From an uncultured Campylobacter sp. (GTDB lineage: Bacteria; Campylobacterota; Campylobacteria; Campylobacterales; Campylobacteraceae), in assembly GCA_963526985.1 (NCBI GenBank), contig CAURPW010000004.1, positions 79,480-143,479 on the forward strand: a stretch of DNA of 64,000 nt, given 5' to 3'. The translations under genes were made by a program, and so were the position numbers. The notes beneath the pieces are model-generated. The model did no database searches. It saw nothing but the letters and a program-made list of their open reading frames with translations, and was not told where the DNA came from. Positions within the stretch are counted from its first letter, which is position 1, and the number at the start of each line of letters is the position of its first letter. Of the stretch, positions 21,516 through 32,219 are shown piece by piece.

Positions 21516-23654
21516 TTAGAAATTATACGTAAAACCTAGATTAAACGTTCTCGGATCGCCGTAAACCATCTTGTTATTGCCGATGCCCTCGAAGTATTTT
21601 TTATTAAACACGTTGTCGATATTTAGCTGGATGTCGAAATTTTTACTTATCCTGTAGCCAAACATTAAATTTGCTAGCGTGTAGGCCTTTTGCGTGATTT
21701 CGTTTGCGCCGCTACCGACGTAAATTTTGCTTTTATACTGCACTCCAGCACCCGCCCTAAAGTCTGCTATAGAGTATTTAGCAAAGAGATTTGCCGTAGT
21801 GCGCGAGCTTTCGGTATCAAATTTCTTACCGTCGGCATCCTTAGCGTTAAAGTGAGTAAGCCCAAGACCTAGGCTTAAATTTTGATTTATCTCACCGTTT
21901 ACGTCCACCTCAAAGCCCTTACTAGTTACGCCTTTTTTAGCTTCGTACGCGTCAGTCGTAGTGCCCGGGATCTTTTGTCCGGTTTTTGCGCCTAGTTTAT
22001 CTTGAACGACCTTAAATACGCCAAAAGAAGCCGAAAGCGCTCCGTCAAAATAATCGCCCTTTATGCCCAGCTCATAGTCTTTGCCTTAGATCGGATCTAA
22101 GTATTTGCCGTTGATATCCTTTACGGTTTGGGGTTTAAAGATACTCGTGTAGCTAGCATAAAGAGTGTGATTTTCGCCGATATCGTACGTGATACCTAGA
22201 TACGGCGTAATTTCTTGAGTGAAATTTCTATTTCCGTTGCCGCCTGTTATGCGGTACTTATAGTAGCTCATTCTGGCTCCCAGCAAAAACTTTAGCTCGT
22301 CCGTGATTGAGAATTTATTAGCCAAATATACGGCCTTTTGCACCGTCTTATCGGCGTTGTTTTGATCGGCGTAAGGAAACCTCGGATCGTCGATATGAAG
22401 GTTTTTAAAATCTATCCTAGTGCGTGCTGAGTAGGCTAGGCCAGCCGGAGTCGTACGATTTAACCAATAACTACTGACCTTGTCGGAGCTGTTTTGGTAG
22501 TTGTTATACATAGCGCCGAAAACCACCTCGTGAGGCAAGCTAAACGCTTCGTAGGGCATATTTACGTAGGCGTCTACGTTGTGGATATTTTCTTCGCGTT
22601 TGTTTGCGTAGGCGCTAAGCCCGCCGATGTCGCCCGTGTCGTCTAAATTTATCTTGCCGCCGTAGTAGAGCAAATTAGTATCCGTATTTGCGCGGCGGAA
22701 TGAATAGGATAAATTTAGGCTGGCTTCGTTTTCAAAATAGTGCCTAAAATCGGCATAAACGTCAAAAGTCTTGATATCCCACCTAGTCCAAGGCTGCGAA
22801 AAAATTTCGTTTTTGCTAAACTCGCGCCTAGCGTCGTTTTTGTAAAACGCGGGCATTCCTCCCCAGCGTATGCCGTGACGCTTTAGCTCCTGATAAAACG
22901 CGCCCAGGCTAAGCCACGAACTATCCATGATATCAGCGTCCACTACGCCGTAGATAGCGGTGTTTTTACGGTTATAGTAGTCCATATACGAGCGAGACTT
23001 CTCGTGCATAAAAGACGCTCTAGCCCGCACGCTGCCGTCAGCAGTCACCGGAGTTTGCACATCGCCAGATACGCCGTATCTATCGTACGAGCCCGCGCTT
23101 AGTTTAAAATTTCCCGTCAATTCTTTTGAATTTGCTCTTTTTCGGATGAAATCTAAGCTAGCCGCCGGATTGCCGGCACCCGCTAGCAGGCCGTTTGCGC
23201 CCTTTACGACCTCGACGCGCTCATAGGGCAACATGCTCATATCGTTTGCGCCTAGGCTAAATCCGCCAAAGCTTGGCATCGAATCAAGCAAATAATAATC
23301 TATCTTAAAGCCTCTTGCCGTAGGATATACGCGCTCGTCCCACTTGTTAAGCGTGACGCCCGGGATATTTCGCAAAAGCACCTGATAGTCGTTGATGTTT
23401 TGATCCTTTAGCCTAGCTTCGGTGATGACGGTTAGCGACTGGGGCGTTTGGCGCGAAGTGAGGTCTAGCCTCGTGGTGCTTTTTACCAGCTCTTTGGCGT
23501 TGTATTTGACGTCGTCGCGCCTTTGTTCGCTAGTTACCTCGACGGCCTGAAGCGTCTCTTTGCCCGCTGCGTTCTCCCCGTTTTGAGCGGCTAAAATTTG
23601 AACGGACGCTAGCAAATTTATCGCCGCAACCGAAAACAAAATTTTATTTTTCAT
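21516..23654 (-). pseudogene. TonB-dependent siderophore receptor with one in-frame stop
   Basis: Plug motifs TPQS and ERVEVVKGA; TAA at 22086-22088, then the same frame continues (GKDYELGIKGD...) to NVFNKKY...GFTYNF with terminal Phe. Confidence 0.92.
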
Positions 23655-24748
23655 CTTTTTCTCCTTTTAAAATTTGATCTTTTTATCCATAAATAAATGC
23701 CTGAAACGCTAAGCGCAAGCGGAGCTAGCCCGCATAAAAACCAGAAAAATTTAGTCGCGGCGTTATAGTCGCCGTAGTGAGCGCGCCTAAACGTCGATAA
23801 AAACTTATCCTTATTGCTTGCTAGCTCGATATCTTTTACATCGATTAAATTTGCGCTGTGTTTATCATAAGAAACGGTGCTTGAGTACTGGCTATGAAGG
23901 AAACCTTGACTCGGTTTTTGCCCGTAAAGCGTGATATTTGCGCCATCATAAAACGGAAAGCTAACGTAGTGCGTCCTAAATCCGGGCATATCCGTGGCCG
24001 CTTTGTGCACGAGGGCGTCGATTGAGATATTTTTATCGTAAATTTGCGGACCGATTACGAATTTAGAGTTATCAAAAGGCGGCATAAACATAAACCTAAG
24101 CTCCCACCAAGCCCCGCTAAGCGCGACCGCAAAGATAACGGGCGTCGAAAAAACGCCGATAAATTTGTGCGAATCGCTCATAAAAACCGCCATTCGCGCA
24201 AACCGAAGGCGCAGCAAATTCGTCCAAAAATTTCGGTAAACGATAAAGCCGCTAATCGAAATAATAAAGGCAAAAATCGCCGTCAGACCGAGTAAAATTT
24301 GACCGCTTTTTTCAAGGAGTAAATTTTCGTGAAGCTCGGTAATAACCCCGATAAATCCACTATCATGCGGCACGAGGCCGCTTTTTATCTCGCCGCTAAA
24401 TGCGTCTAGATACACGCACGCCCACTCTTTTTGGCCCGCACCGTGAGGCAGTAGCCAAATTTTGTCCGTTTTTTGAGGATCTACGTCGATATTCCAACCT
24501 ACGATCTCGTGTTTTGGATACTCTTTTTCTATTTTTTCTCTTAGCTCGTCAAATTTTAATCTACTTTTTTGCCCGGTTTTATCGCTACTTTTTGCAACGT
24601 ATATGACGCCAGACATTAATAAATTATTTATCTCGTCTTTATAAACCAAAACCGAACCCGTAAAACAAGCGATAACTAATGGAATACAAAATATCAGCGA
24701 AGCGTAAGTGTGAATCTTATATATAATCTTTTTGTCAAATATATTCAC
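23651..24748 (-). CDS. PepSY-associated TM helix protein
   Basis: Four conserved His (IH, LH, SH, AH), TGSVL, SG.YLW; overlaps the receptor start. Confidence 0.88.
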   Translation of the reverse strand: MNIFDKKIIYKIHTYASLIFCIPLVIACFTGSVLVYKDEINNLLMSGVIYVAKSSDKTGQKSRLKFDELREKIEKEYPKHEIVGWNIDVDPQKTDKIWLLPHGAGQKEWACVYLDAFSGEIKSGLVPHDSGFIGVITELHENLLLEKSGQILLGLTAIFAFIISISGFIVYRNFWTNLLRLRFARMAVFMSDSHKFIGVFSTPVIFAVALSGAWWELRFMFMPPFDNSKFVIGPQIYDKNISIDALVHKAATDMPGFRTHYVSFPFYDGANITLYGQKPSQGFLHSQYSSTVSYDKHSANLIDVKDIELASNKDKFLSTFRRAHYGDYNAATKFFWFLCGLAPLALSVSGIYLWIKRSNFKRRKR

Positions 24749-24793
24749 GTTTAAAATTTGCCCTTTTAAAATTTGCTTTAAATCGGCGCGGAT

Positions 24794-24836
24794 TTTAGCA
24801 TTTTAATAATTAATAATTTCTAAAACCGTTATCAAA
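24794..24836 (-). promoter_or_regulatory. promoter with possible Fur-binding AT-rich region
   Basis: Minus strand reads TTGATAACGGTTTTAGAAATTATTAATTATTAAAATGCTAAAAT; only a loose Fur match, supported by iron-uptake context. Confidence 0.35.
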
Positions 24837-25063
24837 TAAATAAGGAATCTATATTTTGCGCTAAATATTTAAAAACGAGGTTTAGTAAAGGCAGACGAAT
24901 ACAAAACGGCAAATTTGCTACGTTAAGTCACGGAAATGCATTTAATGCGGTCTCAAAGCAAAATCGGCTTTTTAGTTTAAACAAAACCAGCGCCCAACGG
25001 TAGAGCAAACGTCGAGCGCAAATTTGATGCAGGTCTCACCGAAAGCAAGCTTAAATTTAAGCC

Positions 25064-28000
25064 CTAAATTTCCTCTCTTTTATAAATTTTACTCACGAAT
25101 TTATCTATCTTATACACCGCGCCAAAGAGCGCAGGCACTACTAGCAGCGTTAGTAGCGTCGAGCTAATAAGCCCTGAAATGATCGAGATCGCCATCGGGG
25201 AGTTGCCCTCGTATCCGGCACCTCTGCTAAGCGCAAGCGGCAACATCGCAAATATCATCGCAAAAGTTGTCATCAGTATCGCTCGCAGTCTTTTAACTCC
25301 CGCGCGCACGATGGCTTCGTTTAGCGGCACGCCCTCGTTTGCGTATCGGTTGGCGAAATCCACGACCAAAATCGAATTTTTACCCACCATACCGAAAAGC
25401 AAGATCGCGCCGACCATGACGAACAGGCTAAAGGAGTTACCGCTAAGGTACAGCCCGACCGCCACGCCGCCAAACGCCAGCGGCATCGAGATCATGATGA
25501 TAATCGGCAAAATGAAACTCTCGTAAAGCGCAGCCAGGATCATATAGATGAGCACGACGCTAAGGCTGATCGTAAAGACGAAGGCCGCGTTCGTGTCGTT
25601 CATCATCTCGATAAAGCCCGTCATCACGTAATCATAGCCCGCAGGCAAAATTTGACCGATATTTTCGTCGATGCCCTTTTGCACGGCGCCCAGCGGTACG
25701 TTATCCACGTTTGCGACGATCCTGATCTGACGCTGTTTGTTAAAACGGTTTATCACGGAAAAGGTCTTGCTCGTCTTAAACTCCGCCACCGCGCTTAGGC
25801 TTATACTCTCGCCGTGGGCGTTTTTGATCTTTAGTTTTTGCAGCGCCTGCACGTCTTTGCGGTACTCGTCGTCAAACCTCAGTATCATATCGTACTGCGC
25901 GTCGCCGTTGTCAAAGCTACCAAGCCTGTTTTGACCAAAGGAGGCATATATCACCTGCGCGACCGCGCTAGGATCGACGTTTAGGCGTTTGGCTTTGTCT
26001 TTATTTACGCTGATTTGCAGCTCGTTTATCTTGTCCTCGTTATCGCTGCCCACATCCGTCGTGCCCTCTATCGCGCGCACCATCGCTATGGCTTTTGGCA
26101 GGATTTCGTCCAGCTTTTCTAGGCTATCGCCCGTGATCGTTAGCTGCACAGGCTCGCTGTCGCTGCCCGTATCGACGTATGGTATCTGCAGAACTTTGAC
26201 GCTGAGACCTTCAAATTTAAGCTTCTTTCTATACTCGTCCATTATCTGCGTTTGACGCTCTTTTCGCGACTCAAAGCCTTTTAAGCGGACGTAAATTTTA
26301 GCCTTGTACGCGTCCTTTGAGTCTGTGTAACCCGCGATCATATATGAGTACTCGACGCGCGGATCGCTATCTACGGCGCGCACGACCTCACCGGCTCTAG
26401 CGCTCATAGCCTCGACCGAGATACCGGGGTTTGCCTTTAAAAATATCTCAAACTGACCCTCGTCCTCGACGGGCAAAAAGTCCATACCGACCTTGCCGGC
26501 TAGACTCATGCAAAGAGCCAGTACGCCAAAAGTAAGGATAACAAACGCGGTTTTAAACCTCAAAATAAGCTTCAAAAGCCGCTCGTAACCGCTCTCCAGC
26601 GCCTCAAATATAGGCTCCGTCACGCGGTAAAATTTACTCTCGCCCTCACTCAAAAATCTCGCCGCGAGGCTGGGTATCAGCATGATACAAACCAAAAACG
26701 ACACCACGATACCGCCGCTCACGCTCATACCGAAGGAGTTAAAATACTGCCCGACGATGCCCTCCATAAAGGCAATCGGCACAAAAACGCAAAGCAGCAC
26801 CGCGCTAATGCTAAGCACGCTAAAGGCGATCTCGCGCACGCCCTCAAAGCTCGCTTTTAGCGGATTGCTCTCGCCTTCTTGCATCTTTTTGGAAATATTT
26901 TCTACGACCACGATCGCATCGTCGATAAATATACCGATACCAAGCGTGAGAGCCAGCAGCGTGAGGCGGTTTAGATCAAAACCCAAAACGTCGATGATAA
27001 AAAACGTCCCCACGATACTAGCCGGGATCGCAAGCGCGGCGATGATAGTCGCGCTAAAGCTTCGCAAAAAGAAAAAGACGATGACGACGGTGAGCGCGAC
27101 GCCTAGCATCATGTCAAATTTGACCTGATTTATGTGCTTTAGGATACTTTCGCTCTTTTCATAAACCCGCTCCACTTCGTAGTTTGCACCCAGTTTTGCC
27201 GCTAGTTCGCCAGTTTTAGCTTTGAGCGCGTCTATCGTCTCGATCGTGTTTGCGCCGCTTACTTTTATAGCGTCGAGCAGCACTCCGCGCTTGCCGTTAT
27301 ACATCGCTACGGCGTCGGTATCGTGATGAGATAGCTCCACGCGCGCTACGTCTTTTAAAAACACGTCTTTTTGCAGGCGGATATCCTCTAGCTCGCGCAC
27401 GCTTTTAGCGTCGAATTCGCTCTTTAAAAATATCTCAAATTCGCTATTTTCCAGCTTACCCAGCGGCGCTTTTAAATTTTGCGATTTGATTATATTTATG
27501 ACAGAGGCCGCGGTCAGGGCGTATTTATCTAGCTTAAACGGATCAAGGTAAATTTTAATCTCAGGCTCCAAAAAGCCCTTATCATCGACCTTGCCAACAC
27601 CTTTTACGCGCTGCAAAAACGGCTTTGCTTCGTCTTTGACCGTTTGCATGAGCGCGGTTAAATTTTCGTCATTGCGGCTAACGAAAAAGCTCGCCACCTT
27701 GCCGCTGTCGCTACTAATTTTCTCTATCTCGGGCTGGGCGTCGAGCTTTGCCTTTGCGACCTTGTCGCGCACGTCGTTTGCGGCGACGTCGATGTTTTTC
27801 TTGAGATTAAACTCAACCAAAACGATGCTGAGGTTGTTAAATGTATAGGATCTAATTTTTTTGATACCGTCTATCGTCGAGACCTCGTCCTCGATCTTTT
27901 TAGTGACCCTGCTCTCGATGAGGCTCATATCGCCCGGCGCGTAGGTCGTGATCTTAACCAGCGGGATGACGACCTCAGGAAAGAGATTTACCGGCATCCT

Positions 28001-28084
28001 AAGAAGCGACATCGCGCCGAAAAATACGAGCGCGACGAAAAACATCAGCGTCGTAATCGGGCAATTTATGGCTAGTTTATACAT
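25064..28084 (-). CDS. RND efflux permease (CmeF/HefC-like)
   Basis: GIFIDDAIVVVEN, GKNSIL, RLRAILMTT. Confidence 0.93.
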   Translation of the reverse strand: MYKLAINCPITTLMFFVALVFFGAMSLLRMPVNLFPEVVIPLVKITTYAPGDMSLIESRVTKKIEDEVSTIDGIKKIRSYTFNNLSIVLVEFNLKKNIDVAANDVRDKVAKAKLDAQPEIEKISSDSGKVASFFVSRNDENLTALMQTVKDEAKPFLQRVKGVGKVDDKGFLEPEIKIYLDPFKLDKYALTAASVINIIKSQNLKAPLGKLENSEFEIFLKSEFDAKSVRELEDIRLQKDVFLKDVARVELSHHDTDAVAMYNGKRGVLLDAIKVSGANTIETIDALKAKTGELAAKLGANYEVERVYEKSESILKHINQVKFDMMLGVALTVVIVFFFLRSFSATIIAALAIPASIVGTFFIIDVLGFDLNRLTLLALTLGIGIFIDDAIVVVENISKKMQEGESNPLKASFEGVREIAFSVLSISAVLLCVFVPIAFMEGIVGQYFNSFGMSVSGGIVVSFLVCIMLIPSLAARFLSEGESKFYRVTEPIFEALESGYERLLKLILRFKTAFVILTFGVLALCMSLAGKVGMDFLPVEDEGQFEIFLKANPGISVEAMSARAGEVVRAVDSDPRVEYSYMIAGYTDSKDAYKAKIYVRLKGFESRKERQTQIMDEYRKKLKFEGLSVKVLQIPYVDTGSDSEPVQLTITGDSLEKLDEILPKAIAMVRAIEGTTDVGSDNEDKINELQISVNKDKAKRLNVDPSAVAQVIYASFGQNRLGSFDNGDAQYDMILRFDDEYRKDVQALQKLKIKNAHGESISLSAVAEFKTSKTFSVINRFNKQRQIRIVANVDNVPLGAVQKGIDENIGQILPAGYDYVMTGFIEMMNDTNAAFVFTISLSVVLIYMILAALYESFILPIIIMISMPLAFGGVAVGLYLSGNSFSLFVMVGAILLFGMVGKNSILVVDFANRYANEGVPLNEAIVRAGVKRLRAILMTTFAMIFAMLPLALSRGAGYEGNSPMAISIISGLISSTLLTLLVVPALFGAVYKIDKFVSKIYKREEI

Positions 28085-29246
28085 TTCGCGCCTTCGCCAA
28101 AACTGCCTTTTGCGTCAAATTTACCCGTCCGCTCTGCTCCATAAAAAGCGTTTGGCGTTTGGCGGCAAGCAAAAATTGCGCCGCGTCAAATTCGGCGTTT
28201 AAATTTATATCTCGCTGTTTATACGATAAATTTGACCCGCTCATCAAATTTGCATTTTTCGCAGCGGAGTCAAATTTAACGCCGCGCGCCGAATTTGAGC
28301 TCGAATTTATCTCGCTTTTCGTTTGCGATGTTAAATTTAAAAACCTAGCCGCGTCAAGGCTGACTTTTTTATCGTCAAATTTCGCGCCAGCAGCGGCATG
28401 ACCGCCGCTTTTCAAGCCTTCAAATTTAAGCCCAAATGTTTTATTTTCGTCCTTGTTTTTAGGCTCGGCGGCATTTTTATCGCTCGTTGCATCCCCGTCT
28501 TGAGCGCTAGAGACGATATACCCCTCGCCAAAAAGTCCCAGCGTCAAATTTCGCGCCTGCACTTCGGCGTAAATTTTGCCATTTTTCGTGTCGATAGTCG
28601 GGTAGATGAGGCTGATTTTACCGTGCCTCTCCTCGCTTTGACCGTCTAGTTTATAGATAAATTCGCTACCGATTTTCACGCGGTCTTTAAATTTTTCGTC
28701 AAAGCTAAGCTTGAGCTTGACGTCTGGATATGAAAATACCGACATCAGCTTTTGCGCTACGCCGCCGACACCCTCGCCGACCTCGATACTCTTGCCCGAG
28801 ATCGTCCCGTCAAAAGGCGCGAGTAGCCGCGTATCCTCAAGTCTTTTTTGCGACAAATTTAGCGCCAACCGTGCTCTGTTTTCGGCTAGTGCGGCATTTT
28901 TAAAATCAAATTCCGCATTTTCAAAAGCCTGCTTCGAGCTCACGCTTTGAACGAGCTTAAATTTATCTAACACGCTTTTTGCGTGGGCTTTTGCCGTCTG
29001 CGCGCTTTCTAGGTCGTTTTGCGCGAGCTTGACGGCTAGCTTTTCGCTCTCGTTTTCAAGCTCGAGCAGCACGTCGCCGCGCTTTACCGCGGAGCCTATT
29101 TCTACGTTTACGGCCTTTACGATACCCACGGCTTTTAGCGCGAGCTGCGCGTCTTTTGCCGCTGCGACGTCAAAGCTCGCATAGATCCTATCTTGGGCAC
29201 AAAGCGCAACCGCCGCGCTCAGTAAAAATAGTAAAATTTTATTCAT
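28077..29246 (-). CDS. RND periplasmic adaptor with long atypical C-terminal extension
   Basis: VKRGDVL, APFDG, ends its normal domain at GLFGEGYI, then ~145 extra residues. Confidence 0.88.
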   Translation of the reverse strand: MNKILLFLLSAAVALCAQDRIYASFDVAAAKDAQLALKAVGIVKAVNVEIGSAVKRGDVLLELENESEKLAVKLAQNDLESAQTAKAHAKSVLDKFKLVQSVSSKQAFENAEFDFKNAALAENRARLALNLSQKRLEDTRLLAPFDGTISGKSIEVGEGVGGVAQKLMSVFSYPDVKLKLSFDEKFKDRVKIGSEFIYKLDGQSEERHGKISLIYPTIDTKNGKIYAEVQARNLTLGLFGEGYIVSSAQDGDATSDKNAAEPKNKDENKTFGLKFEGLKSGGHAAAGAKFDDKKVSLDAARFLNLTSQTKSEINSSSNSARGVKFDSAAKNANLMSGSNLSYKQRDINLNAEFDAAQFLLAAKRQTLFMEQSGRVNLTQKAVLAKARNV

Positions 29247-30559
29247 TTGCGCTCCGTTTTTTCGATATTTTCGGTGATTTTGCCGCCGCGCTCATATAGA
29301 TACTCCGCCTTTTTGATCTCAAATTTACTCTTGCTTAGCTCCAGCGCGCTACCTGCGCTAAAGCTCTGCGCGGTCGCGTTTAAAAACTCGACGTACCCTA
29401 GCAGCCCAGCTTCGTACTTTTTGCTAACGGCATTTAGCGAGGTTTGCGCCGAGTTTAGCGCGCTTTTACCTGCGGCGATCTTTTGCTCGAGCGTCTTTAG
29501 ATCGTTTTTGATATTTGCTAAATTTAGCTCGTTTTGCAAGCGCTTTTGATCTAAATTTAACTTCGCTTGCAGCGCGCTTATGCGCTTTATCTCGCGCCGC
29601 TTTTTGTTCGCGCCAAAATCAAACGCCTTCCAGCTAAAGCCCAAAATCAGCTCGTTTGTATTTAAATTTGGCTTAAAAAAGTCATTGAAATAGGGCTCCA
29701 GCACGCTTCTATACTGCGCGGGCAGCAAGTTTCTATCGTAATGCGTGCGCATAAAGGTGTAGGTATTTTTTATGAAAATTTGCGGGTTCGTCTCGGATGC
29801 GGTTATTTTTTCGTCTTCCAAAGCCGCGGCAAAATTTAGACTAAGCGCTTCAAGCTCTGGCTTTGCGCTTTTTTGCGGCGCGAAGTCGTCGTCTGCAAAC
29901 GCGATCCTAGAGCCCGCTACAGGCTCTATATCTCTGCCAGTTAGCGCGTAAATTTGATTTTTTATCTCGTTTTGATTTTGCGTGATTTCGAGGCGTTCGG
30001 CGAGCGCCATGGCGTATCTAGCGTTTATCGCTTCATACTCGCTCTCGTCACTAAGTCCCGCGCGGTAGTATTTTTCCAGCCTATTTAGAGCGTTTTTTAG
30101 GTAGTTTATCTCGCCCTCTTTTGCAGTCGCGAGCTCGCCAAGCGACAAAAAGCTAAAATAAAGCTTGGTCGCGTTAAACGCGAGCAGGTTTTGATACTCC
30201 TCGTTTTTTAAAATTTCAGCCGCGCTAAGGTGCGAAAGCGAGCTTAGCAGGGCTTCTCTTTTGCCGCCGTCATAAACGGCAAGCTCCAAAATCGCCCTTG
30301 CCGTGGCGGCTCTTTGCGGACGCAAGACGTTTATGTCGCCGCTTAAAAAGCTGTATCCGCCCTCAACCCTGAGGCTTGGCATATACGCACTCTTTACGGC
30401 ATCTTTTTGCAGCTGCGCTTTTTGCGGTTCGTAGTTTGAAATTTGAGCCAAATTTGAGCTCTGCGCAGCCAAAATCAGCTCGTGTAAATTTCCTTCAAAT
30501 TTAATCTCCGAACCGCCTAAAAAAACGCAAAAACTCAAAAATATATAAATTTTTTTCAT
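29243..30559 (-). CDS. TolC-family outer membrane protein
   Basis: YMPSL, YDGG, YEAGL repeats; first gene of TolC-MFP-RND operon. Confidence 0.87.
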   Translation of the reverse strand: MKKIYIFLSFCVFLGGSEIKFEGNLHELILAAQSSNLAQISNYEPQKAQLQKDAVKSAYMPSLRVEGGYSFLSGDINVLRPQRAATARAILELAVYDGGKREALLSSLSHLSAAEILKNEEYQNLLAFNATKLYFSFLSLGELATAKEGEINYLKNALNRLEKYYRAGLSDESEYEAINARYAMALAERLEITQNQNEIKNQIYALTGRDIEPVAGSRIAFADDDFAPQKSAKPELEALSLNFAAALEDEKITASETNPQIFIKNTYTFMRTHYDRNLLPAQYRSVLEPYFNDFFKPNLNTNELILGFSWKAFDFGANKKRREIKRISALQAKLNLDQKRLQNELNLANIKNDLKTLEQKIAAGKSALNSAQTSLNAVSKKYEAGLLGYVEFLNATAQSFSAGSALELSKSKFEIKKAEYLYERGGKITENIEKTERK

Positions 30560-30700
30560 CTAAACCCTTCCCTGTTAGCTCTGGGCGGCGCGGGCTAAAT
30601 TTGAGCGGATTTGCCCGCCCGGGGCCTGGCGCCGTAGGTAAAATAAAATAAAAATTTAAGCGGCGCGCGGAGCATTTTTAAGATTATAGCGATAAAAAAC

Positions 30701-31441
30701 CTAATGAAAGCTTTTAACGAGGTTCATGACGAGCAAATTCCACCCGTCGACGAGCACGAAAATAAGCAGCTTAAACGGCAGTGAAATCATCGTCGGCGGC
30801 AGCATCATCATACCCATCGCCATAAGCACGGAGCTAACGACCATATCGATGACCAAAAACGGCAGATAGAGCAAAAATGCTATCTCAAACGCCGTTTTCA
30901 TCTCGCTGATCATAAATGCGCTCATCACGACCGTGAGCGGGATATCATCAAAGCTTTGCGGGTTTGGCATATTTCTGATGCGTAAAAATAGCGCCAGATC
31001 CTTCTCGCGGGTATTTTTTATCATAAACTCGCGAAACGGCTTCACTCCGCGCTCAAAAGCCTCTTGGTAGCCGATTTGTTCGCTTAGATAGGGCTGCACG
31101 CCCGCTTCGTAGGCTTTCTTGCCCACAGGCTCCATGATAAAAAACGTAAGCACCATCGCAAGACTAATAAGCACCGTAGACGGCGGCATCTGCTGCGTGC
31201 CCATCGCCTGTCGCAGGAACGAAAAAACGATAATGAGCCGCAAAAAGCTAGTCATCATAAAAATGAGCGAAGGAGCCAGCGTGAGGACGGTGAGGACCAG
31301 TAGGACGTTTAGCGAGCTAACTAGCTGAGTGGGCGTAGTTGGCGCGCTTAGGCTGAGATTTACGGTCGGGATCGTGACGTTATCCTCGCCGATCGCGACC
31401 GACGCAAAGATAAAAAACAGCAAAAACGTCAGTTTTTTCAA
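30701..31441 (-). CDS. fliP: flagellar export gate protein FliP
   Basis: MMTSFLR, QQMPP, MGMMMLPP..ISLPFK..FVLVDGW. Confidence 0.97.
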   Translation of the reverse strand: MKKLTFLLFFIFASVAIGEDNVTIPTVNLSLSAPTTPTQLVSSLNVLLVLTVLTLAPSLIFMMTSFLRLIIVFSFLRQAMGTQQMPPSTVLISLAMVLTFFIMEPVGKKAYEAGVQPYLSEQIGYQEAFERGVKPFREFMIKNTREKDLALFLRIRNMPNPQSFDDIPLTVVMSAFMISEMKTAFEIAFLLYLPFLVIDMVVSSVLMAMGMMMLPPTMISLPFKLLIFVLVDGWNLLVMNLVKSFH

Positions 31442-31443
31442 AT

Positions 31444-32214
31444 TTACTCCTGCGCGTCCAGTATACTTTTTTGCGTTTTGGCTTTGTCGTCTAAATTTAA
31501 CGAAACAAAGTGGATCTCGACCCTGCGGTTTTTCTCCCTGCCCTGCTCGGTAAAATTCGTCGCAAACGGATCAAATTCGGCCTTTGCGGATGCGGTTAGC
31601 TTTTTAGGATCGACTCCATCTTTGATGAGCTCGCCAACCACGCTAATAGCCCTAGCCGACGATAGCTGCCAGTTGTCTTTAAACTCGGTAGACGCGGGCT
31701 GCTCGCTATCGGTGTGGCCGATCACGTTTGCTACGACGTCAGGCGGCAGCTTTGCTATAACCATCGCGATACGCTTTAAAAAAAGTAACGCGTCGTCGCT
31801 TTGCAGCTGGGCGCTATCTTTTGCAAAGAGTAAATTTGCGGGTAATCTAATCACAAATCCGCTCTCGCTCTCTTCAAAGGTGATTTCAGGCGAGCCGCTA
31901 GCGTGCAAAAGCTCGTTGATAGAGCGCAGCGTCTGCTCGAAATTCGACTTCACGCCCGTGCGTTCTTTATTTGAGGTGGCATGGTCGTCTTGATTTTGCT
32001 CGGCGCTCACATCAGGCTTTGCTCCGCCCTCAAGCACGCCTAGTGCTCCGTTTAGCGAGCCGATCGCGGCCTCTAGCTTCTTTGCGTCCATCGTACTCAT
32101 CGAAAGAAGCAGTACGAAAAAGCAAAGCAAAAGCGACATCAAGTCGCCAAAAGCCGCAAGCCATTCGGGTAAGCATTTGGGGCAGTCGCTTGGATCGATT
32201 AACTTTTTAGCCAT
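31444..32214 (-). CDS. motB: flagellar stator MotB
   Basis: W...FGDLMSLLLCFFVLL, GHTD, NWQLSSARA, NRRVEI. Confidence 0.96.
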   Translation of the reverse strand: MAKKLIDPSDCPKCLPEWLAAFGDLMSLLLCFFVLLLSMSTMDAKKLEAAIGSLNGALGVLEGGAKPDVSAEQNQDDHATSNKERTGVKSNFEQTLRSINELLHASGSPEITFEESESGFVIRLPANLLFAKDSAQLQSDDALLFLKRIAMVIAKLPPDVVANVIGHTDSEQPASTEFKDNWQLSSARAISVVGELIKDGVDPKKLTASAKAEFDPFATNFTEQGREKNRRVEIHFVSLNLDDKAKTQKSILDAQE

Positions 32215-32219
32215 TTTTT

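Noticed and set aside
21516..21908. 130-aa ORF as a separate gene
   Set aside because: In-frame C-terminus of the interrupted TonB receptor.
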